Shown here piece after piece: positions 23,687-35,809 of a DNA stretch of 64,000 nucleotides. The stretch is from Squalus acanthias (lineage: Eukaryota), in the NCBI GenBank assembly GCA_030390025.1, contig CM059431.1:107696001-107760000 (forward strand), given 5' to 3'. Within the stretch, counting starts at the first letter, position 1; each line of letters opens with the position of its first letter. Below the pieces are notes generated by a model, which made no database searches, had not been told where the DNA came from, and saw nothing but the letters and a program-made list of their open reading frames with translations. The translations under genes were made by a program, and so were the position numbers.

Positions 23687-24041
23687 TAGTTCAGCAACTG
23701 ATTTTCAAATTCATGTACAAATTTCCCAAAGTTACCACTAAACCAAGTGGTGAAATTACTCTGCAACATCACATTGGCTAATCCAATGAATTCATAAAAG
23801 AAAAGCGACGAATGACACTATGACTTGATGTACGTAGGTCCATTGTATTCTGAAACAGTCCTCGGTAATGCCAACCCCACCGCCTCATAAATCAGAAGAC
23901 AAAAAATCATGAGATTTGGTAAGAAATCACGAGTTGCTTTTTTTTCCAAACATAAACCAATATAGATTGACAGTTCGTTCATAAATCTCATCAGTGGCTT
24001 TATTTAATCTCTAACAAGTCACAGCTCTTTGCAAAAACTAT

Positions 24042-24781
24042 GGGCCTGAAAATCCGATGGGCGGATGCCTCCGATCGGAAAAAAATCTACGCGCTTACCT
24101 GCTGGCTCTGTAGGTCCCGAGACATCCGCTCCTGGGCCTCTCCACTACGAAATGCGCAGAGGCCCAGGTATCCCAGGGGCGCAGGCGATTCACAAGCTCC
24201 CCTGGGATCACGTGGGCCATGGGGAACCAATCAAAGAAGGGAATCCCCCCTCATACTTTTGACAGGTCTCTACGCACGGATCTGTCAAAAGTATGAATGG
24301 GGATCACTTAAAAAACAAAGTTAAACATTAAATATATATTTTTAAAATCACATATTAGTTAAAATTGCATTAAATTAAATATTTTAAACAAAAAAATAAT
24401 TTTTTGAAAAAAGAATTAAAGTTTTTCACGGGGCTAAAAATAAACTTACCTTTTTTAAAAGTATTTTAAAATTCTAAATGAGTGAAAAAAAAAATTTTTT
24501 TTAAACTCTTATCCTGGTAAAAGCAGCCCTTACACAGGCTTTTACCAGGCGTAAGATTTTTAAAGGTTTTCGGCGGGCGGAGGTTGTGCAGAAAGCGGAA
24601 CTCTCCCCCCGCGGAGGCCCGTCTCCCGGGCAGGCGGAGGATCTGTCAAGAGAATTCTTCACAGATTGCAAGTGCCAGGTTTTAGCGCATGCGCTTTGCA
24701 TGCCTGAAACCGGCACTTGCACGGCCCCTATGGGCACATACGCAGCTCGTACGCACCCATAGAAGTCACAAAATCCGGCCC
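24042..24781 (+). mobile_element. Harbinger-type MITE, family B-related
   Basis: TIR GGGCCTGAAAAT / AAAATCCGGCCC; TSD TAT; same GGATCACGTGGGCC..CCAAT and TGACAG hairpin modules as family B. Confidence 0.8.
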
Positions 24782-25287
24782 TATATTACTGCATCTGAAA
24801 ATGCTTCACAAGAACCTTTTAAAAAATCCTACCCGTTATCACCAGCCCTCACCCGGTGCCCGACACAACCACCACGCAATGCAATCCCTGCAGCTGCCAA
24901 CCAAAGGTAAGTTTTGGGGGGGAAAAGATCCAAAACACCTTTCCATGGAGATAGGAGGCTCGATCACCCCCCACCCCGCCGTAGGCCGCTCCAAGCTCCT
25001 GGGACTTGCCTGAGGGCTGGTGCTGGCATTGATGTCTTCACTCGAGCAACCTGCCCGTGCAGGTGCGGCCAATGTCGCCGCTCGGCCCGAGTATGCAGAT
25101 GTGGCCCGAGGACCGATTTCTATCCATCCTCGGGCCCCTTGCTTCCCAGGCCCCCTCCCGTGTTCTAAAAAAAATTCGGGGACCCCCCTGAATCACAATG
25201 AGTATTTTTTTTCTGTATAACAATTAGTTATACAATTAAGCATATATATTTATTGTTACTTTTGTTTTACTGAATTAATGTAAGAGA

Positions 25288-25839
25288 ATGTAGATCTGGG
25301 CCACCTGCAAGGTCTTGTACTTGGACAGTTTCTGGCCGTTGTTGAAGGAAGGGATGACGTTCCTGAGCTGGTGGAAGGCATGGTTCAAGTCGTGCATCCT
25401 CCTCCTCGCCCTGGTGTTGGCGGGCAGCCTCCTCGGCTTCTGCACTCCGTTGGCTCGACAGCCCAGCTCCTCCAAAAAAAGACCCCATGCCCTTCAGTTT
25501 GCACAGCTCCCGCGCTTTGATCGGGCTCTTGCCCTGGCCGCGTCGGGTCCCAGCAGCAGCTGCTCGGGACCACCCGGGCGACAGGTAATCAGTGTGAGCC
25601 GAGCAGGTGCTGTGCAAAGGTGGGCTGCAAGCCAGGCTGGTGGGTGGGTGTCCAGCAGGGAGAGTGCAGCCACCGCCTGCGGGTTCTCCTGAGCTATCTG
25701 CTCAGGGTGATGATGATGATGCTGCTGATGATGCAGACACCTCCGAAGCTCTCCCGGCGCTGGTTGAATTCCATTCCGCAAATTTTCCAACTTTGGACCG
25801 GTCGCTCTGCTCGACCTCTCCCTCTCTCTCCCGGCTAAT
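25288..25839 (-). pseudogene. ATOH1: Atoh1 (Math1) bHLH pseudogene
   Basis: Three successive frames give [29 protein letters not shown] and [60 protein letters not shown], collinear with vertebrate ATOH1; at least two frameshifts; similarity stops after QIYI. Confidence 0.9.
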
Positions 25840-25899
25840 TATTTTTAACCGACTCACTTGCCCTCCCCAGAAAAGAATAAAATATCTCCCAATCCTAGG

Positions 25900-26300
25900 A
25901 GGAGATAGACTCCAGTCAGATGCGAAGAATTTTAAAGTACTTAAAACAGCCCAAGCTCTGAAAATGGCTCCAGTGATTTTCCCACCCGCCCCTCAAGTTT
26001 CAATCAAAAAAGAATTTACCGAGATAATCTTCAAGCCAGTGAACTCACCCATCATGTATTGCAAATGGCGTCTCAACAGTACGCACGCACAGCCTTCGTA
26101 TCTGAGACTATTCCAAACGTCTCAAATACAAAGGGGAGAAGGGGAGACTTCTGATGGGAAAACCAACTCGTGGGAGACTACTAATGGCACAAACCAACTT
26201 GCGGACCCCCGGGGTGGTGGGGGCCTCGGATCCCCGGCTGAGAACTCATGTGTCCCAGCAGTAGCCAATCACAGGAGGCCTGATGAAGATTAATGCAGCA
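25900..26300 (-). promoter_or_regulatory. Candidate promoter of the Atoh1 copy
   Basis: Non-repeat DNA directly upstream with a GC box (25985-25992), YY1-like AAATGGCG (26063-26070), CCAAT (26265-26269), and N-box/CSL-like CTCGTGGGAGA near 26168. Confidence 0.4.
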
Positions 26301-26417
26301 AATAGAATATCGTGAGCTTTCACATTTCCACTCGCAAGGTCGCGAGTTGGGGTATATTTTCAGTGAAAATCACGTGTCTCGCGATTAATTCGCGAGAGTT
26401 GGCAATGCTGAGTCCTT

Positions 26418-27262
26418 GGGGGCGATTTTGTCAATGGGGGCATGTTGGAGGCGGGACTGCTGCTTGTCGGGTTTTAGTCCCGCCTCCATCGACTTGTGGC
26501 CAACCCACGCTATTTTCCCTTGATTGACCTTGTTAAGCCCGCCCAGTGGGCTTAGCAGGCCAATTAAGGGGAAGCTGGTTACAGAGAACGTCAGCATATG
26601 ACGTTTCATCTGTCAAAAATTTTTGACAGATGAATTGTCATCGTTTGACAGCTCTGTGAAGCTGTCAAACACTGACATTCTCTTTAGTTTGATGAGTTCT
26701 GTATTCAAGACTCATCAAACCTCTTTTGTGAGCAGAAATTAGATGGCTGTTGCATCAGAGAATGTAACAGCCATCTGTCATCTCTGCCGGTGAGATGCGA
26801 GAGTCTCCGCATCCCCAACTGTTGAAGCCTGCAGGAAGAAACAAAGGTAAGTAAACATTTTCTATCACTTTTCACTTACCTCACATACTTACCTCTCCAC
26901 ACTTGCACCCATCACTCACCTCCACAGTGCACTTTTGGACCCCTCCGACCCCCGCAGACCCACTGCTCGCCTCGATGGCCCTGGCAGGGTTTCCCGACAT
27001 CGGGAAGGCTGCGCCTCTAGTGGAAAAATGGGGATAATCCTACTAACTGCCTGTTAACTACCTGTTAACAGGCAGTTAAGTGGCTGTAATCCCCTTCCCG
27101 CCTCCAGGGAGTCGGTACCCGGCGCGGGTCGGCTGCCCGCCTCCTGGGAAGATGGCACAGAGGCAGGATGGGGGCAGGACGGGCACTCGCCCCCAGGTTC
27201 TGCCATTTTCCCGGCAGTCCCGCCTCCAAACCCGCCTCCCCAGGGCTGGCAAGATCGCGCCC
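26418..27262 (-). mobile_element. Harbinger-type MITE, family A
   Basis: TIR GGGGGCGATTTT / AAGATCGCGCCC; TSD CTT; reverse-complement homologue of 54830-55670. Confidence 0.85.
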
Positions 27263-27962
27263 CTTGTCTTGTTTTTTGTTAAGATCAGCTATGTGTCCCC
27301 CCTCATCAAATTCCCACTGGTGGCCCACATGAATCACACCGTATGGTTATGTGAATCTCACCCGTAACTCAAAACTTGCACTTTGGAGTACATATTTTGG
27401 CATTTCATGCACGTGTGTAATTTCCTCAAGGAGCTATGATAAGACTTAAATTAATTTCCAACTGTATCTTGATGGCAGGCAGCCCAGTGCTTCAGTGTGC
27501 TTGCGAAGTAGTAGGATGCAGGTACACGTCCCTGATCCCATGCACAAGTTCCTGATCGCGGCTGAGCCATTTTTGAAAATGGCACAAGTGAAAGGCTTGA
27601 CATTCCCACAGTAGGAGTCAGGGAAAATCAAAGGGAAGGTCCATTCAGTTACCCTTTTGTACCTTTTAGAAACATTTAAATGGCGCCATTTCCGTAGCTC
27701 TGTGAGCGGGTCAGCAACTGGCGAGAGGTGTATGGCATTAGGGTGGGGTGGAGAGATGTGTTAAGATTTAGGAGATTGGGTGAATTGATTGCACTGTGGG
27801 TCAGAATGCTGTTTTTTTCACTTCTCTCCGAAGGCTCTGGTAATCTTATGTAGAATGGGTTTGGGGCACTATTAAGCAAGTTTATGATTAGCTAACACCT
27901 TGAAGAATGCAAACTATTAAAATAATAAAAAAATATATAAGGGGAACAAATAAATTATAATA

Positions 27963-28723
27963 GGGCCAGAAATTCGGCTCTCCGGCTTCCCGCGGGTGCA
28001 AGAATCGCGCGTACTTACATACCGCGCCTGCCGTTGTGCTTCGGGCCCGCATGGAATTTGGCTCCTGGGCCTCCTGCAGCTGCCGGCGCGCAGTGCTTGC
28101 GTATCCCAGGGGTGCAGTTAGTTCGAAGCGTCCCCTGGGATCACGTGGGCCATGGAGAGCCAATCGGAGCAGGGAATCTTCATTCATAGATTTTGACAGG
28201 AAGACCTGTCAAATCTATGAATAGAGATCGGCCCCAAAACCACACTAAAACTTCAAATAAATAAAAAAAACATCATATTTTTAAAATAACTATAAATTAC
28301 ATAAATTAACTACTTTAAACAAAAATTTTAATTTTTGAAAAAATTAATTACACTTTTTAACGGTGCTAAAAATAAACTTACCTTTCTTTAAAGTATGTAA
28401 AAAAGATAAACCTGTTGAAAAAATGTTTAAATTGTACTTAATTCACCACTTACCTTGTTAAAAGCAGGCCTTTGCGCCTCCTTTTCCCTCGCGCAGCTTC
28501 TCCGTACTTACCCTCACGGAGAAACCTGAAAAAAAAACAAAGTTCGCTGCGTGCGCGCTGCCTCTCCGGCGCACGCGTTCGACCTCTGAACTCCTTCCTT
28601 CAGGGGAACGGAAGTTCCGGTTTCCAGTGCATGCGCAGTGCATGCGCGAAACCGGCACTTTCGTTGGGTCTACGGGTGAGTACACAGCGTGTACTCACCT
28701 GTGGAGACCCGAATTTCTGGCCC
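27963..28723 (+). mobile_element. Harbinger-type MITE, family B
   Basis: Perfect TIR GGGCCAGAAATT / AATTTCTGGCCC; close inverted copy of 43941-44703. Confidence 0.9.
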
Positions 28724-28895
28724 TATATTTAAACATGTGGTGGATTTTGATAAATCAAATATTCCATTAGTCACCTATAGAGGTTTTGTTTGTGTGGTAC
28801 ATGCTGGGATATATTACCTCCCCGTTAAGGACTGCACCATTCAGAAAATGTAATTCCATAAGATATTGGTGACTAAGCACATTTGGAAAGATAAA

Positions 28896-31432
28896 GGTTC
28901 GGAATTTGTGGTCAGCGGCGAAGCGATGGCAATCGCCACTGACCTCGAAGAAAGCTGCCCACAAAGACCTTACAATCTCTGTAGTGAAAACTTCAGCTTT
29001 CTTGAGGTTAAATTGATTGTAGTGCTGTCAAAAGGGGATCCTGAGCATAGAGCAACAGTGATGTCATCAAGCTGTCTAAGCAACCAATCACATTGAAGAA
29101 TTCTCATAGACAGCAAACCAGGAAATAAAAAGCACTGAATATCATTCATGTTTTAATTTTTTTTACAGAGAGCAAAATAAAGATTGAGACATACACATGG
29201 GGTTAAGCTAGAAGCAGAAATATCAGAAACAAACGTTAAAAAAATTATTTAAAAAATATTTTTATTATTTTAAAAATCTAGTAATTTTTATCATAATGGA
29301 GAAATTTGACATTCCACAAATATAAAATTAGTTTTTCAGGGCCAGAACAATTGTTCAGCAGTCAATAAGCTCTTAAAACCCCAGTTACACCTCTTCAAAA
29401 CAAGGCTTAACTTTTTATGGGGTTTTTAACTGCGATATTAGAGTGGAAAGACAAAGGGCTGGATTTTGCAGGTGGTCAGCGGGTGCGGTCGGTGGCGGGT
29501 CGGGTGGGACCGTTTTTTTTTCCCCCAGCGGGTCGGGACCTCACTGTAAACCCACCACCATGCACCTTTACCAAATGTCAGGTCTCTCAGTGCTGAGCAG
29601 ACCTGACAAGCCGTGGTGAGGAAGGCAATTAAAATCATTAATGACTTGCTTACAGCCGCTTATCAATGTTTTTTCCCAGCTTTTTGGATTTGACAGGTCA
29701 CCCACCGGTTTCCCGCTGTGCCTAGACCTCGTCTGTGAAGCTGAGGCGGGAGGGCAGTGGTCATTGATGAGCTGACAGCTTCAAATGTCAACTCAAAGCT
29801 CCCAGCTGATTGAGAAATGTTCCCTTAACCACTAGCTTCTCTAAACTGTATTTCCACAACAGATTCACCATGCTGCAAGTCTTTACACAAGTCTCCATCC
29901 AATCTGACCTCATTACCTCTCCCAACATTGACAGATTGCTTCTGTCATCTCTGCTTCACCTGCCATCTACTCCATCAGCATGGGTGCCCTTGAATTTTTC
30001 TCACCTTGGTCCTCAGAATCCCACCACGATCAGCCCCAACACCAGCATCACCAGGCACACCAGCAGCACCAACAACAACACCAAACTTCTCTGCAATCAA
30101 CTGATGCGACACAGGACAGAGGGCATCAGCACCCGACCACATTGCTGCCTAGGAGGTTAGGGATGGCCTCATCATGGCCAGATTTACTTCACTTGACGCT
30201 GTACAACCTGGCTGCCACAAGATGCGCCAGGTTGGCACCACCCCACACCAACACCATAAAGCATTCTTACAATGCCAAAGCCATTCCTTTCACACTCATT
30301 ACCATTGTGGGTGATACAATTATGTCTCACCATTCACTGCAACTCACTAAGCTACTTCCAAAGGTGCACACAAATCTGTCTAAGAATGCAAAGTGTTGAA
30401 AATAAAGGTTTCAATGTTTGACAGCATATTAGCAGAAACTTCACATGAACATTGCATAAAACACCCAAGTGCCTACCCTTGTGTGTTGTTAGTTGGTATG
30501 ATTGGACTAGGATGAGGGTGAGTGTGAGGGGTGGCTAGTGAGATGGGGATGTGATAATGTAGATAGAGAGGGATGGGTGGAGGTGCAAGGTAAGTTGGTG
30601 TGAGTAAGGATGTGCAGGAGTAGAATCGGGAAGACAGAGTGATGGGGATGTGATGAGAGGCACAGCAGGATGACGTTGAGTGTGGCTTTGTACTAACGTT
30701 TCTTGATCTACTGAGATTATTGAAACGTTTGTGGCACTGCACCCATGTCCTCCTGACCACATCCCTGCATGTGACCTCCTCTGTAATGTGCAAGCAGGCT
30801 GTGTTGGTCTTCTGGGGAGGTCTCTTCCGCCCATGGGAAGGGAAGAGGACCTCCCTGCGTGCTGTGACTCCCTCCATAAGCATATGGAGGGAGTCATGGG
30901 AGAGCCTGGGTGCAGCCGTGCACCTCTGTGCAGTGCTTGTCAGTGTTTGCAGCACCTCAATGCTGTAGAACACTGACAGCACAAATGTCAAAATTAATTT
31001 GGCCATGGTCCCTTTAAGAAAACTGACTGTTGACGCATCATTAAATGATGTCATCAGACCCGCTTCCTCTAATTGGCCGGGAAACACACTGGGCGAGCTT
31101 AACAAGCCCAATCTTGGGAAATTCATTTCAGAGGCCGGGATGGAAACAACAGCGGGGTCGGGACCCGCTACCGACGTCACCTGCCATGGACCCACCGAGA
31201 TTAGTAATATCGCGGCAAAGTTTTCGTCAGTTCAAGTGATTTCACTGATTGCCGGCTCTGGGGAGTTCCACAGTGCAGCCTATGGCGGAGCAGGGAATGA
31301 CTGACCACAACTTCTGGATTTCCACCTTTATCAGTGCACACGCTAAATCCTGAAGTTACGGTCAGTTTCAGAGGGGTAATGACGGTGTGTGCTGACAGTT
31401 ACGCCGTCATCACCACCGCAAAATCCAGGCCC
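28896..31432. mobile_element. Older MITE hosting a Harbinger derivative
   Basis: TIR-like GGTTCGGAATTT / AAAATCCAGGCC(C) bracketing 29456-31217. Confidence 0.45.
29456..31217 (-). mobile_element. Non-autonomous Harbinger derivative with Myb/SANT exon
   Basis: Left TIR GGGCTGGATTTT; minus-strand APRLSHDSL..RREVLFP..RRTWVQCHKRFNNL; inverted homologue of 49064-50823. Confidence 0.85.
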
Positions 31433-31964
31433 AGATCTTCTTGATGAATTGTAGGGCTTGCTAGCAGACAGGTGGTATTAACAGAGCCTTGGCAACTCAT
31501 AACTCTAAATCCAAAGTGGCCCGATGTTGGCCATTTCAGACACGCATGTCCCTTTAAAGGGCAGAGAACCTCCCTGAATATATTGGCGGCCAATTTATAT
31601 ATCTTGTTATTTATTTTGTACAGTCATGGTGTGGGGCGGGTGGCTGGTTATCATCTGTATACGTCATAATGCTCCAGCCATCATGGTGTGGGGGCAAGCT
31701 TGATGGACCAGCTGGTCTTTTCCTGCCTGTCAGTGTCGTATGTCCCTCTGTATCTGGAGCTGCAGCCATAAACCAAAAGCAGCTGCAGCAGGTTACTGAA
31801 GTGATTTAGTTCTGAAGTGTTACGTTCCCCAACGTTTGCTTTAGCTGGTTCCCCAACCCTGTCCAAATTGCATATCTCTTCAATGTCAGTTTTTCTAGCA
31901 GTGAACAAGAGTGGATAACCTCTGCTCAGGAAAATTAGATTTTCTATACAGTTAGCAAAATAAA

Positions 31965-32360
31965 TGATCATAAATATAAGATGGTCACCAATAGATCCGA
32001 TAGAGGATTCAGGAGAAACTTCCTTACCCAGTGAGTGGCAAGAATCTGGAACAAGGAGTGGTTGAGGCGAATAGCATCGATACCTTGAAGAGGAAGCGAA
32101 ATAAGCACATGAGGGAGAAAGGAATAGAAGGATATGCAGTTAGGGTTTAGCTGAATAAGGGTGGGAGGAGGCTCGAGTGGAGCATGAACGGTGACATGGA
32201 CCAGTTAGGCAGACGTTGACTCTGTTTCTCTCTCCTCGATGCTGCCTGACCTGCTGAGTGTTTCCAGCATTCTCTGTTGTTTTTTTTTCAGATTTCCAGC
32301 ATCCGCAGTATTTTGCTATGGCCTTGTTTCTGTGCTGTACGTTCAATGTAATTCTATGCA
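31965..32360 (+). mobile_element. CR1 3' fragment with an embedded Penelope tail piece (about 32215-32318)
   Basis: CATAAATATAAGATGGTCACC..AGGAGAAACTTC and CR1 3' UTR; GATGCTGCCTGACCTGCTGAG block inside. Confidence 0.7.
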
Positions 32361-32559
32361 ATATGAGGGTGTTTACTTTACTGCAGGTTATCACACCAAC
32401 TGCTGGTGTTGTGATGCCGTGATGTGTCTTGGTTTCTGAGTGTTGTGTCGGCGCCAGCTGTTAGCGTCAGCTACAGTCTGACTATTTGGTGGCTCACTGT
32501 GCAAGGGGTGCAACCAAATCAGAGTGAGATTTGCTCTGCTCTGCATCATTATTTGTATG

Positions 32560-33310
32560 TCGAATACTGGTAGGAAGCTTGGGGAGTTGTAAAGACGACA
32601 TCAAAGGAAGGATTGGACTTGGTCCTGCTGCTTTTGGAAGATTAAGCAGGTTATGGAAGGCTAAAGATATCTCGGTAAAAACGAAGGAAAGAGTTTATGA
32701 AGCGTTGGTTATCCCCACATTATCATGTGGGTCTGAGTGTTGGAACATGGGAAAAGTTGATGAGTAACAGATACTAACAGCAGAGATGGGTTGGTTGAGA
32801 TGAATACTGGGAGTATCCAGGATGCAAAGAAGCAACAATGATATAATAAGAACATGGCTTAGACAAGAAAAAACGTTTATACAGAAGATCCAAGAAAGAC
32901 GACTGCAACGATTTAGGCGCGTTTCAAGAATGGAAGCAGCGAGAATGTCTTTCATGGACCTACATACAACAACAACAACTTGCATTTATGCGGCGACTCT
33001 AACGGCTTGAGGCACTTCAGAGGAGCGCAATCAGACAAAATTTGACACCGAGCCACATAAGGAGACATTAGGACAGGCGCCCAAAAGCTTGGTCAAAGAG
33101 ATAGGTTTTAAGGTGCGTCTTAAAGGAGGATGGAGGGGTTGGGAGGCGGAGAGTTTTAACAAGAAGCCGAGGAAGACCAAGGAAGCGTTGGATAGACAAT
33201 GTCAAGAGTGGCTTGTCACAGAAAGGGAAGCAGCCAAGCTGGTTCAGAACCGACAACAATGGAGTGAATTCATTCGGCCCCCATCGTCGCTGCTGAGCTG
33301 AAGGACAGGA
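32560..33310 (+). mobile_element. RTE-clade LINE 3' fragment, degenerate
   Basis: DIKGRIG..AAFGRLSRLW..ISVKTKERVYEALVIPTLSCGSECW, and after an insertion RGRPRKRWIDNV. Confidence 0.8.
32965..33155 (-). mobile_element. L2 LINE 3' end nested in the RTE
   Basis: Minus strand SSFKTHLKTYLFDQAF with an (AAC)n tail; homologous to 35085-35170. Confidence 0.75.
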
Positions 33311-34814
33311 ATTTAGTAATTAGCAGGAGGAGGAAGCTATTTATATTTCCTCTGAATTCACAATACATTAGACCACAATACAAAATATAGTCATATTAAA
33401 TTAAAATAAAATTTGCATTTAATATATTTTACGGTACAGTTGTGCTAAAAAACAGAGTGCTGGATTGAAAATCAATGGAAACTGACTGTGAGTGTTTCCT
33501 ACATAACTCATTCCAACTTGTGACTTAAGTGTTAATCAGTCACCCTTACATAAATTTCACAGTCAACAGTTTTGCATCAAGTACTACCCTTCTCTTTCCC
33601 TGTTCTGGAATGTTAACATCACAATTTGTATCACACTGTGTGCAGAATCTGGAAAAGTTTGGTCAAAATCTGTAAAGTGTGACCAGTCAGAAACCTGCTT
33701 TAAAATTTCAATTAATTTACACCCGCAGTGGAACCTTCTCGTGTAATGTGGAGCTGACCTTAATCTGAGCACAAATGCCTATTTATTTTTCTGATTTTTG
33801 TACAGAAAAAGCAAATTCTCAAATTACCAAACTGGATTTTTCACATGTTTTTCTCAGGGTTCCTCACCTTCATTTAATGCACTCGTGATGGAATTCTTGT
33901 TTTTCAGTACCTGCCAATTTAAACATTCATGTCTCCACCTCTTTGCCTCCAACTATTTTTCAGAACTGAACGAAGTAATGAATAGTTTCCCCATCGTGAT
34001 TTATATCCGTCGGGTTTAAATAAGAAGTAGTAAATCACTGATATGAAAGACAAAAGCAGTCGGTAATTCTTATAATCCAAACGTGTTGTGTGGGAGGAAA
34101 ATGGCACAGTGACATTCACTACGATGAATAATAGGCCACAATTTCTTCTTGTCTTTGTTTTCTATTGCCTTGAAATAAATGCAAGTGTTTGTGCTGCAGT
34201 TACATGAAATTAAATGCTCTCTTTACAGAAATGAATCAAGTGGAAAAGCATCTAGTCAAATTGTTGGGCATGGCACAATTAGATACAAACAAACCAACGT
34301 TCCACGCTGGTGGAAAATGTCAGTTTATTTTAGAATACTAATTTTAGATATGTTTATATTAAGATGCAACTGTTAAGTCTTTCTCACCAGCTTTTTAAGA
34401 ATTTCCATAAAGGATTACGTAAATTCTCACTTATTTGGCTTGGTTTTGATAGGAAACCTATTTTTAGATTAGGCGACCAATGGTTTAAATGTGACGGTGG
34501 TTGTTATTCATCTAATTTTGAATGGCCTCATTATAATAATTTCTCGTCATGATACATGGAATAATAACTGTCTGGCAGTGAACCACAAGGCTGTAATTCA
34601 AGTTCCGATGACGCAAATCACTATTGTGGATTACAATATCAAGAGAAATCACTGCAGGGATTTATTATCCTTTATGTTCTGTAGTCCAACGCTGACTTGA
34701 AAATAATGTTACACTTGGTGGGTGGTTGTTATTATCAATGATGCGTGAGTCAATGAAGAGAACTGAAAGATATATGTCATCATGGCGGGGTGGGGGGGGG
34801 GGTTTACTTTCGGT

Positions 34815-35175
34815 AGTGCTGACCTACATTGGCTCCCGGTCCAGCAACACCTCGATTTTCAAATTCTCATCCTGGTGTTCAAATCCCTCCAATGCCTCGC
34901 CTCTCCCTATCTCTGTAATCTCCTCCAGCCCTAAAACCCTTCGAGATTTCTGCGCTCCTCCAATTCTGGCCTCTTGGCATTCCCTCATTTTCAAAGCTCC
35001 ACCATTGGCGGCCGTACCTTCAGCTGGCTAGGCCCCAAGCTCTGGAATCCCCTCCCAAAACCTCTCTGCCTCGCTACCTCTCTTTCCTCCTTTAAGTCGT
35101 ACCTTAAAACCTACCTCTTTGACCAAGCTTTTGGTCACCTGTCCTAATATCTCTTTATGTGGCTTGTGTCAAGTT
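34815..35175 (+). mobile_element. L2 LINE 3' fragment
   Basis: DLHWLPVQQ..FKILILVFKSL and LKTYLFDQAF L2 C-terminal motifs. Confidence 0.8.
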
Positions 35176-35809
35176 GTAGCGAATTACCTGCCCATCATAC
35201 ACCCGGTTCAACTTTCCTTTCGGTCGAAGTCAATGGAATGGAAAGTTGGACAGGACGTATGATGGACTTCTGATTGCTGCCCCTCGTTTTCCACCCCTGC
35301 TACAAATGAAAATCGACCCAAAGTACTTACAAGTATGATGGCAAAGGTTAAAGAGCATTTTTCACCCCACAGAAGAGCTTCAAACAGGTTCAATTCTGGA
35401 ACATGCAGAAATAGCCACCTCCCATCTTCAGCTGAAAGACTATGTTGGTTGCCCGGGTAACTTTCCACTTCAGCAGATTTTATATCTGCTGCAATGTAAA
35501 ATTTGTAGAATGCATTTTCTTTGGGTTTTTATACATGTACAGAGGTAGATATAAATGATAGATCAATTACATTATCATATCAGAAATCATATATTTGCAC
35601 AAAACTCCATTCCCAAACCTGATTCATCTGGTCTTACAAGACATTTCATTTGCCAATATTCTTCAAAATATCTACCGCGATCACGATAAAACCTGCTAAA
35701 GAATGGGGATATCTCACTGCTGGCAGTGGCAAATATTGGAGACCTCTATTTAGAAACTACAGACAGTTACTTAGCATTAAGTGTGCTAAATGTCTCTCCT
35801 GTAGCACTC

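Noticed and set aside
19960..24040. Mammalian-type Atoh1 3' enhancer
   Set aside because: I could not recognise it by eye in the unique DNA downstream; an alignment is needed to exclude it.
25607..26293. 228-aa plus-strand ORF
   Set aside because: Antisense to the Atoh1 copy and its upstream DNA; no recognisable domain; GTG start.
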